A DNA stretch of 64,000 nt from Desulfobacterales bacterium (GTDB lineage: Bacteria > Desulfobacterota > Desulfobacteria > Desulfobacterales > UBA2245): NCBI GenBank assembly GCA_040771865.1, contig JAXGZF010000010.1, forward strand, positions 1 to 64,000. The letters run 5' to 3'. The notes below the pieces were generated by a model. The model was not told the origin of the DNA. It was given only the letters and a program-made list of their open reading frames with translations, and searched no databases. The stretch's first letter is position 1, and each line of letters starts with the position of its first letter. The position numbers and the translations under genes were made by a program. Of this stretch, positions 56,560 to 64,000 are shown one piece after another.

Positions 56560-58614
56560 ATGAAACTTGATACCATCTGTCGTTTATGTTCTTCCTGCTG
56601 CCCGATTGAAGCCGAAATCGAAAACAACCGGCTGATTTCCGCCAAAAGAAAATCGATTTTATCTGAAGACAAACAGCTGATCTGCCCGAAATTAAAAGCG
56701 GCCGCCGATATCGTCTATTCTCCCAAGAGGCTGAAAAAACCGCTGATTAAAGACGATGCCGGTAACTTTCAGGAGGCGTCCTGGGACCAGGCGCTCGATG
56801 CAGTTGCCAAACGGTTTCATTATTTTAAAAAAGAAAGCGGCGCTCAATCCGTCTGCTGGCTCAGAGGCATGGCGGCTGACTGGGGCGCGCCCTGGGACTA
56901 TGTCAATCGCCTGATGAACGCCTTTGGTTCGCCCAATGCCATCGGAAACGGTTCGGTCTGTCACGTGGGGCGCGAATTTGCCCATGCGATCACCTACGGC
57001 GCCATGACCCTCCCCCTGCTGCCAAGCGCCCGCTGCATCCTGGTCTGGGGCAAGAACGACCGGGACACCAATCCGGCCGCCGCCGAAGGCATTCTGCAGG
57101 CCCGACAAAACGGCGCAAAGCTGATTGTGGTCGAACCGATCAAAACCCACCTGGCAGCCAATGCCGACATATGGCTGCAGATCAAACCCGCCCATGACGG
57201 TCTGCTGGCCATGGCCATGATGCATGAAATCATCTCGCAACAACTATACGACGCTGATTTTGTCGGCAGATGGACCGTCGGCTTTGAAGCCTTGAAGCAA
57301 TCAGCGGAAAAATTTCCGGCCAAAAAGATCGCCAGGGATATCTGGCTGGATCCGCAAGCCGTTAAAGCAGCGGCCCGGCTGTACGCGACCGCCCGACCGG
57401 CCTGCATTGTCGATGGCAATGGTCTGGACATGCAACTGGACACTTTTGACGCGACCCGCGCGGTTTGCATGCTAAGAGCTCTGACCGGCAACCTGGACGT
57501 CAAGGGCGGAGACTTTATCCCGCAGCCGGTTCCGGCCCGCAATCTTCAGCTCAAAGACCGCCTGCCCGCCGGCATCAAGCCGATCACCGCCGACTACCCG
57601 CTGTTTAACGAATTCAGCGCGACTTGGGGCCATCACGTGCAGTCCTGCGTGATAGACGCGATTCTGGACGAAAAACCGTATCCAATCAGAATGCTCGTGT
57701 CGCAGTCCGGCAATCCGGCCGCATCGCTGATGGATTCCGGCCGCGTGATGCGTGCGCTTGGAAAACTCGATTTTCTGGTGGTCATCGATATGTTCATGAC
57801 GCAAACCGCTCAAATGGCCGATGTGGTGCTGCCTGCCTGCAGTTGTTTTGAAAAAACGCAGCTCAACCGCGCTTACCTGCGCAACAGCCTGGTTCGCATT
57901 CAGAATCAGGTCATCGAGCCGCTGGCGGACAGCTGGCCGGACTGGAAAATCATTTTTGAACTGGGCCGCAGAATCGGCCTGGAAAAAGAGTTTCCCTGGA
58001 AAAGCGTCGAGGAAGCCATCGATTATCAACTGGAGCCGGCCGGCATCACTGTGAAAATGCTGCGGGAAAATCCAGACGGCGTTCGGACCTCGGACATGCA
58101 GTTTGAAAAGCATAAAACCAGCGGATTCAGAACCCCCACGGGAAAAGTGGAATTTTATTCCGAAAAACTTGCGGTAAATGGATTTTCGTCCATACCTTAC
58201 GCCGACGGTTTTCTGGCAGAACCGATCAGCTTCAGCGATCAACAGGACCAGTATCCGATCATAGGCGTCAGCGGTGCCCGCGACAACCGCTTTACCCATT
58301 CCCAGTTTCACCAGATTCCATCGCTTTCGATGAACCAAAAGGGTTGCGCCGTTGATGTTCATCCAGACGATGCGAAGACGTACGGAATTGTCGACAACGA
58401 CAAGGTTCGGGTGGAAACCCCGCGCGGATGGATTGCGATGCCGGCCAGAATTTCCGAAGTGGTTCATTCGGGATCGATTCGAATCGCCTGGGGCTGGGGC
58501 GATGTAAATCCGGAATGCGGCCTGAACCGTTTGACCGACGACAACCGGCGCAACCCGATCATCGGTACGCCGTCAGGCCGAAGTTTTATGTGCCGGATCT
58601 CAAAGGTAGAATAA
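56560..58614 (+). CDS. Cytoplasmic Mo/W-bisPGD oxidoreductase (DMSO reductase family), stand-alone catalytic subunit
   Basis: CRLCSSCC...CPK 4Fe-4S motif; SWDQALD; GSVCH; VIDMFMTQTAQMADVVLP; VHPDDA; no Tat leader. Confidence 0.92.
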   Translation: MKLDTICRLCSSCCPIEAEIENNRLISAKRKSILSEDKQLICPKLKAAADIVYSPKRLKKPLIKDDAGNFQEASWDQALDAVAKRFHYFKKESGAQSVCWLRGMAADWGAPWDYVNRLMNAFGSPNAIGNGSVCHVGREFAHAITYGAMTLPLLPSARCILVWGKNDRDTNPAAAEGILQARQNGAKLIVVEPIKTHLAANADIWLQIKPAHDGLLAMAMMHEIISQQLYDADFVGRWTVGFEALKQSAEKFPAKKIARDIWLDPQAVKAAARLYATARPACIVDGNGLDMQLDTFDATRAVCMLRALTGNLDVKGGDFIPQPVPARNLQLKDRLPAGIKPITADYPLFNEFSATWGHHVQSCVIDAILDEKPYPIRMLVSQSGNPAASLMDSGRVMRALGKLDFLVVIDMFMTQTAQMADVVLPACSCFEKTQLNRAYLRNSLVRIQNQVIEPLADSWPDWKIIFELGRRIGLEKEFPWKSVEEAIDYQLEPAGITVKMLRENPDGVRTSDMQFEKHKTSGFRTPTGKVEFYSEKLAVNGFSSIPYADGFLAEPISFSDQQDQYPIIGVSGARDNRFTHSQFHQIPSLSMNQKGCAVDVHPDDAKTYGIVDNDKVRVETPRGWIAMPARISEVVHSGSIRIAWGWGDVNPECGLNRLTDDNRRNPIIGTPSGRSFMCRISKVE

Positions 58615-58840
58615 CGGCAAGTCCCTCTGTTCTGAAAAGGCCTTTCTAAACAGCTCCCCTTTCGACTCATCGAGGCTCGCAATCCCGAATTTATGGTATT
58701 CAGCGGCACAGTATGGATGTTCTCGTTCGGAATGATGAATCCATATGAAAAATTTTTCCATGTTGACTCCTCCGCTGGGTTCTGTTTGTGATAGGAAAAT
58801 CGGAAGGCATTTTTCAACCTCGTTCTCTCCGGATATTCTC

Positions 58841-59140
58841 ATGAAAAACAAAGACCATATTGTGCGCAAAGAGGCCCTGAAGGATTTGCGGTCTATACCG
58901 GGCGTGGGTAAAAGCATAGCGGAAGATCTTTGGGATATGGGTTTCAGATCGCCCGCCGACCTGAAAGGGCTTGATCCCGAGAAAATGTATCTTGAGCTTC
59001 AGAAGATTCAGGGCCGCCCGGTTGACCGCTGCATGCTGTATGTTTTCAGATGCGCCGTATATTATGCCTCGGAAAAAAATCATGATCTCGAACTGCTGAA
59101 GTGGTGGAACTGGAAGGACCGGAAGCTGCAGGAACCCTGA
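58841..59140 (+). CDS. Helix-hairpin-helix protein (Cdd1/TfoX-C-like)
   Basis: LRSIPGVGKSIAEDL, DPEKMY, DRCMLYVFRCAVYYA, KWWNWKD. Confidence 0.85.
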   Translation: MKNKDHIVRKEALKDLRSIPGVGKSIAEDLWDMGFRSPADLKGLDPEKMYLELQKIQGRPVDRCMLYVFRCAVYYASEKNHDLELLKWWNWKDRKLQEP

Positions 59141-59141
59141 A

Positions 59142-60977
59142 ATGGAAATAACATTTATCATACTCGCCGCGACGATCGCATTGTTTGTCATCAACCGCCT
59201 GAGACCGGACCTCGTCGCCCTGCTCTCCCTGATTTCGCTCTACATTGCCGGCGTGGTCGATCTGAAACAGGCGTTTTCCGGTTTTTCAGACAGCGTTGTG
59301 GTCATGGTGGCGGGTCTTTTTGTCGTAAGCGAGGGCCTGACCGCAACACGGGTCACGGCATGGATGGGCCAGAGGCTTTTCACCCTTGCGGGCAGAAGCG
59401 AACTGCGCCTGATGGTGCTGGTAATCGGGTTTACCGCCTTTCTTTCGGCCTTCATCAGCAATACGGGCACGACCGCCATACTCATGCCGGTCGTGATTGC
59501 GGCGGCATGGCGAATCGGCAGCTACCCTTCAAGGCTGCTTCTCCCGATGGCGTTTGCCGCCAATCTCGGGGGCATGCTCACGCTGATCGGAACCCCTCCC
59601 AACATCGTGGTCACAGACTACCTGGCCGGCGCCGGACTGGAACCGTTCGGATTTTTTGAATTCACCGTCATCGGTCTTCCGGTTTTAATGCTCGTTACGC
59701 TGTTTATCACCACGATCGGCAGAAGAATTTTGCCCGTGCATGCCTCCGTTGCCAGGATTCCTGATTTGGACAGCTCGGTTGGCGACCTTGCCGGTTCATA
59801 CAGTCTGAAGGGCTATCTTTACCGGTTGAGGGTCGGGTCCGATTCGCCGCTCTCGGGCAAATCCCTCAAGGAGATGCGGTTCGGAGGCGATTACGGCGTG
59901 AACGTGCTCAGCATTGAAAGGCCGGTTCGCTCTTTCGGCAGAACCTTGATGCGAAAGATTGTGCCTGAACCGCGCACCATAATCGAGGCGGGAGACTGGC
60001 TGGTCGCGAACGGAAACGGAACAGACATCGACAGGACGGTTGCCCATTTCCGTCTTGAGATTGATTCAAAAAACCCGATCGATGAAAATATCCCTGCCCT
60101 TCTGCTGAACTCCGAGGCAGGCTTGGCCGAGATCATCATCGCCCCCCGAAGCGAATATGCCGGACAGACCCTTGAAGAGAGCCGTTTCTCTGAAAAAAAC
60201 AAGCTTCAGGTCGTCAGCATTCGACGCAACGGCAGGGTTCTTCCGGACAGAAAATCCCGCATTCGATTCGGAGACTCCCTTCTGGTCAGGGGCACCTGGG
60301 CGGCGGTTGAAAAGATACGCGGCGAAGAGAGAAATTTTGTGGTTGTCGGCAATCCGGAGATCATGGCTCGCCAGGTGGTTGAACTCACGCCGAAATCCGT
60401 TGTAGCGGTCGTCATGCTTGCCGCCATGGTTGCCGCCATGGCCTCCGGCGTTCTTCCTCCCGCCGTTGCCGTGCTCTGCGCGGCCGCCGGAATGGTGCTG
60501 ACCGGATGCGTCCCGATGGATCGGGCCTACGGTTCGATCGGCTGGCAGACGGTGATGATTCTTGCGGCATTGCTCCCCATGGGAACCGCCCTTCAGACGA
60601 CCGGCGGCGCCCTGTTTATTGCCGACGGGCTGGTTAAAAGCATCGGCGTCCTGGGAAACCTGCCCCTGCTGGCCTGCATCTATCTGATGGCCGCGGGGCT
60701 GAGTCAGGTGATCAGTAATACGGCCACCGCCGTTCTCATGTCTCCGATCGTGCTGCAGAGCTGCGCCTCGCTCGGCGTGTCGCCCTACCCCTTTCTGATG
60801 ATGGTGGCGCTCGGGGCTTCTTCCGCTTTTCTCACCCCGATATCGACGCCGGTCAATACTCTCGTTTTCGGGCCGGGAGGATATTCTTTTGGAGATTACG
60901 CCAAAAACGGACTCCCGCTGCTTTTCATTGCCTTGATCACAGGGCTTGTTCTGATACCCTGGGTCTGGCCATTTTAA
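59142..60977 (+). CDS. SLC13/DASS family permease with two TrkA-C domains
   Basis: SAFISNTG, GGMLTLIGTPPN, SQVISNTAT, FLTPISTPVN, GGYSFGDY. Confidence 0.93.
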   Translation: MEITFIILAATIALFVINRLRPDLVALLSLISLYIAGVVDLKQAFSGFSDSVVVMVAGLFVVSEGLTATRVTAWMGQRLFTLAGRSELRLMVLVIGFTAFLSAFISNTGTTAILMPVVIAAAWRIGSYPSRLLLPMAFAANLGGMLTLIGTPPNIVVTDYLAGAGLEPFGFFEFTVIGLPVLMLVTLFITTIGRRILPVHASVARIPDLDSSVGDLAGSYSLKGYLYRLRVGSDSPLSGKSLKEMRFGGDYGVNVLSIERPVRSFGRTLMRKIVPEPRTIIEAGDWLVANGNGTDIDRTVAHFRLEIDSKNPIDENIPALLLNSEAGLAEIIIAPRSEYAGQTLEESRFSEKNKLQVVSIRRNGRVLPDRKSRIRFGDSLLVRGTWAAVEKIRGEERNFVVVGNPEIMARQVVELTPKSVVAVVMLAAMVAAMASGVLPPAVAVLCAAAGMVLTGCVPMDRAYGSIGWQTVMILAALLPMGTALQTTGGALFIADGLVKSIGVLGNLPLLACIYLMAAGLSQVISNTATAVLMSPIVLQSCASLGVSPYPFLMMVALGASSAFLTPISTPVNTLVFGPGGYSFGDYAKNGLPLLFIALITGLVLIPWVWPF

Positions 60978-61082
60978 CTCCCTTTCAGCCTTGCATAGAA
61001 ACAGCCCGGGGCATTTTCATCGGTTTGCCCGCACCAGAATAAGGCGTTCATGTGAAACATGACAGAAAATGCAATGAGACGA

Positions 61083-61718
61083 TCAGAATGAAACAGAAAC
61101 GTTTGCTCTGGGTTCAAGGAGATTGTTGGTGGGGTTGCATTCCGGACGGCATAAACCGTTCTTGAATGCAAAAATCAGATCGTTCCGGGATCGGACCGGC
61201 GTGGAGAACCGAGTGCAGACCGTACCCAGCTCATCAAGCGAGTGGGCATCGCTTCCCCCACAGCAGGTCAGGAAATGTTCTTTGCGCCATTTTTTAACCT
61301 GCTGATTTTCAGAGGGAGTATTCCGGCCGTTCACGCTTTCGATGATCCGGCAAAAGCCTTTCCGTACAAGGAATTCACTGACTGGCCGGTCGTTTCTGAA
61401 AGGATGGGCCGCGATTGCAACCCCGCCTTGTTCTCTGACCTGTTCCAAGAGTTGAATTGCCGGCAGGTCTTCAGCAATATCCTCAAAGGGCCCGAACAGT
61501 AAAAAATCTCCGTGCGCAGTGGCATACTCGATTCCGAAGACAACGCACAGGCCGTTATACTGAAGCCCCTCTCGAAGATGTTTTCGAATTTCCATGGTCT
61601 GGTGATCGGTAATGCACACCCCATCCAGGCCACGCGCTTTCGCCTGTTTCAGAGCATCTGCTATGGATAAATCGCTGCAGGGGGAAATTTTGGTATGAAC
61701 ATGAATGTCGAAAAGCAT
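61083..61718 (-). CDS. PHP domain metal-dependent phosphoesterase
   Basis: DIHVHT, ITDH, GIE, AHPFR, GGSDAH. Confidence 0.9.
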   Translation of the reverse strand: MLFDIHVHTKISPCSDLSIADALKQAKARGLDGVCITDHQTMEIRKHLREGLQYNGLCVVFGIEYATAHGDFLLFGPFEDIAEDLPAIQLLEQVREQGGVAIAAHPFRNDRPVSEFLVRKGFCRIIESVNGRNTPSENQQVKKWRKEHFLTCCGGSDAHSLDELGTVCTRFSTPVRSRNDLIFAFKNGLCRPECNPTNNLLEPRANVSVSF

Positions 61719-62010
61719 GTAAATATATTACCGAATCTTCTCTATAAATCAAATTTTTTTAATCAATATATAAATATGAAATAATTGAGATGGTCTATCA
61801 TTTTATTTGGTCGCGGAAAGAGGTGTTGATTCCAACTCAATACAATCCGAATTGGATCTGATGGCTGGTTAACTTGTTGAAATATAGCCGGATCATGTGC
61901 GAATGAACCGGGTCGGCCATATCGTTTCAAAAAGCACCGGAAGCACTCAATTTGAACTGGCGTAGAATTCTGGTCAGCGGAAAAACGGGCTCTTCCATCG
62001 CGGCAGGCTT

Positions 62011-62090
62011 TATCTGGATCATCTCATGGAAAGGCAGATAAGAGCAGCGGTTGCGGGCTGTCTTTTCCATGATTGAGGATAATCCAGATA
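62011..62090. other. Long intergenic stem-loop
   Basis: TATCTGGATCATC/TCATGGAAA...TTTCCATGA/GATAATCCAGATA inverted repeat. Confidence 0.65.
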
Positions 62091-62182
62091 GTATATGATT
62101 TCAAAGAACAGCCGCGCAGCGCGGGCTGGCTAAAATTTGGGAAATCACAGCTTCTTTGATTATTTGTGAATATTGTAATAAC

Positions 62183-62968
62183 TCATTGTCGAAGCGCTTC
62201 AAGGAGAGTGCGGCAGAGAACGAGAAATTGAGTGGTATCCATTTCTCGAGGCCGTGGCAGATCGACAGCCATATCCTTTCTTATCCGGCCGGGGTCCTTC
62301 CCCATCAGCAAGATTCGATCGGCCATCTTGACGGCTTCCTGGACGTCGTGAGTGACAAACAGAATCGTATGGGAAAACTTTTGCCATAACGATAGGAGAA
62401 GATTCTGCATCTCTTCGCGGGTTTGTGCATCCAGAGCGGCAAATGGTTCATCCATAAGAAGCACCGCAGGTTTCAGAATCAACACCCGCGCCAGGGCCAC
62501 CCGCTGTTTCATGCCTCCAGAGATTTCCCGGGGCAGGTAATCGCGAAATTCCGTCAATCCAACCAGCGAAAGAAACCGGTCTGTCTCCTCTCGTACTTTG
62601 CGTCTCGTCCCTCCCAGACCAAAACCGATGTTCTCTTCAACCGTCAGCCAGGGGAAAAGAGCATCTTCCTGGAAAACCACACATCGGTCCGGTCCGGGCT
62701 TCGTAGCCGAATGACCTCCAATCAGAACCTGACCGGCTGTCGGTGGAATAAATCCGGCCAGAATGTTGAGCAGCGTTGTTTTGCCGCAACCGCTGCGTCC
62801 AAGGATGCAGATCATTTCCCCCTTATTCACTGAAAAATGGATCTGTTCCAGAACCGTGGTAAACTTTCCGGAGACTTGGAAGGTTTTCCGTAACTCCCTG
62901 ATTTCCAGAATACCTTCCGTCGGCCGGTCGGGGACCTCCTGAGGAACCAACTTCAAGCGAGTTCTCAC
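62183..62968 (-). CDS. ABC transporter ATP-binding protein (SsuB/TauB/NrtD type)
   Basis: GRSGCGKTT, VFQE, ISGGMKQR, LMDEPF, VTHD; GTG start overlapping the permease stop. Confidence 0.93.
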   Translation of the reverse strand: MRTRLKLVPQEVPDRPTEGILEIRELRKTFQVSGKFTTVLEQIHFSVNKGEMICILGRSGCGKTTLLNILAGFIPPTAGQVLIGGHSATKPGPDRCVVFQEDALFPWLTVEENIGFGLGGTRRKVREETDRFLSLVGLTEFRDYLPREISGGMKQRVALARVLILKPAVLLMDEPFAALDAQTREEMQNLLLSLWQKFSHTILFVTHDVQEAVKMADRILLMGKDPGRIRKDMAVDLPRPREMDTTQFLVLCRTLLEALRQ

Positions 62969-63801
62969 GTTAACCTCCGGGCGCTTTTGAAACACAGACG
63001 CATGAAGTGGTAAAGAAACAGATCGCTGATTCTGCCGACGACCGCGATGATGATGATTCCCACAATGATGATATCGATGCGTCCAAGCATGCGGGCATCC
63101 ATAATCACGGCGCCCAGTCCGTTGGGAACCCCTGTCAGTTCCCCCAGAACCAGATAAGCCCATGCAATTCCAAGACCCAGCCGCAAGCCGCTGATGATTT
63201 GAGGCATGGCGGAGGGTATAAGGATGGCAAACACGCCGCGAAGCCGTGTAACACCCATCATGGCCCCCGCCTGATAATAAATGGGTTTGACCTGGCGGGC
63301 GCCCGAGGCCGTGTTCAGGTAAATCGGGAAAAATGCGGCCAATGCCACCAAAAATACGGTGGTCTTCATGCCGATGCCAAACCAGACCATGGCTATCGGA
63401 AGCCAGCTGATTCCTGGAACGGCGCGGACTGCGTTGAACGTATTACTGAACAGTCGATTCACCAGAGTGATGCGCCCCGAAAACATGCCGGCCGGTATGC
63501 CGATGGCCGCCGCCAGCCCAAAGCCAAGCGCCACACGCGAGAGGCTGCTGAAAAAGTCATCCATGAACCGTCCGGCATACGGCATCTGCCCGGGAGAGCC
63601 CAGAATATAGCTGTAGGCGGCTTTTCCGATCTGAAAAGGATGGGGCAACAGGTAAATCGGCACGGCTCCTGTTTCACTGACAGCAAACCAGAGCAACAGT
63701 ATTCCGAGCGGGATTATCCACGGTTGCAAAGTGCTGGCGGCGTTTTTCGAGCTGATGCGCTTGATCACCAAAAACCTCCTCTGAGCAGATATGCCCTTCA
63801 C
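62965..63801 (-). CDS. ABC transporter permease (SsuC/TauC type)
   Basis: SSLSRV, VPGISWLPIA, FFPIYLNT, GLRLGLG.AW..LV.GE. Confidence 0.93.
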   Translation of the reverse strand: MKGISAQRRFLVIKRISSKNAASTLQPWIIPLGILLLWFAVSETGAVPIYLLPHPFQIGKAAYSYILGSPGQMPYAGRFMDDFFSSLSRVALGFGLAAAIGIPAGMFSGRITLVNRLFSNTFNAVRAVPGISWLPIAMVWFGIGMKTTVFLVALAAFFPIYLNTASGARQVKPIYYQAGAMMGVTRLRGVFAILIPSAMPQIISGLRLGLGIAWAYLVLGELTGVPNGLGAVIMDARMLGRIDIIIVGIIIIAVVGRISDLFLYHFMRLCFKSARRLT

Positions 63802-64000
63802 CCGTCCCGATCAGGGGCCATGCTGCCGATTGCTTTCCGAACAAAGCGCAAGTCGAATAGTTTCTCATAGTCGGGCTGACGTTCGATCATGCCCAACGCT
63901 TGCATGCGCTCGCCCAGCGCACGGGTTCTGGCAACAAAATCTTCATCCATCGACCACGCCAGCTCCATGTTGGGCGCTGCTTTTTCTAGGACGGAAAGGG
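63798..64000 (-). CDS. ABC substrate-binding protein, C-terminal part (runs off the window)
   Basis: ...KAAPNMELAWSMDEDFVARTRALGERMQALGMIERQPDYEKLFDLRFV...*; GTGA overlap with the permease. Confidence 0.75.
   Translation of the reverse strand, partial: LSVLEKAAPNMELAWSMDEDFVARTRALGERMQALGMIERQPDYEKLFDLRFVRKAIGSMAPDRDG

Noticed and set aside
57472..58467. 331 aa minus-strand ORF
   Set aside because: Antisense shadow of the molybdopterin enzyme
56560..58614. Calling the Mo enzyme acetylene hydratase, formate dehydrogenase or thiosulfate reductase
   Set aside because: No Asp next to the FeS cysteines (CRLCSSCC), no Tat leader, no partner subunits; specific activity cannot be assigned by eye
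1..64000. tRNA, rRNA, prophage or intact transposase/integrase genes
   Set aside because: None recognised in the intergenic regions or ORFs; a small ncRNA could be missed without a covariance search

Overview
A mostly housekeeping 64 kb chromosomal window from an anaerobic, selenocysteine-using bacterium whose gene content suggests Desulfobacterota (inference). Core blocks are ispF-cysS-uvrB-uvrC, mdh, purC, acs, an EF-G paralog, tlyA-dxs-ispA-xseBA, an aromatic amino acid operon using the archaeal-type ADH/DHQ synthase II entry, manA and selD. I found no rRNA, tRNA, CRISPR array or intact mobile element. The main observations are: (1) a methyltransferase resembling the ovothiol OvoA C-terminal N-methyltransferase, coupled to a stand-alone cytoplasmic Mo/W-bisPGD enzyme, as a candidate O2-independent thiohistidine/ovothiol pathway (hypothesis); (2) an unannotated leader peptide (YFWYYYF) with an antiterminator and two tandem terminators upstream of the aro operon; (3) an MglA GTPase / DUF4388-cNMP / cNMP / PilZ / phosphoesterase signalling operon without mglB, containing a traceable tandem duplication; (4) an octaheme HAO-like cytochrome near a cytochrome P460; (5) a MerR-like HTH fused to an adenylate cyclase; (6) selD with an in-frame UGA that the ORF track truncates; (7) a cluster of gene relics in the first 770 bp. 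All family assignments come from motif recognition by eye; no database searches were run.
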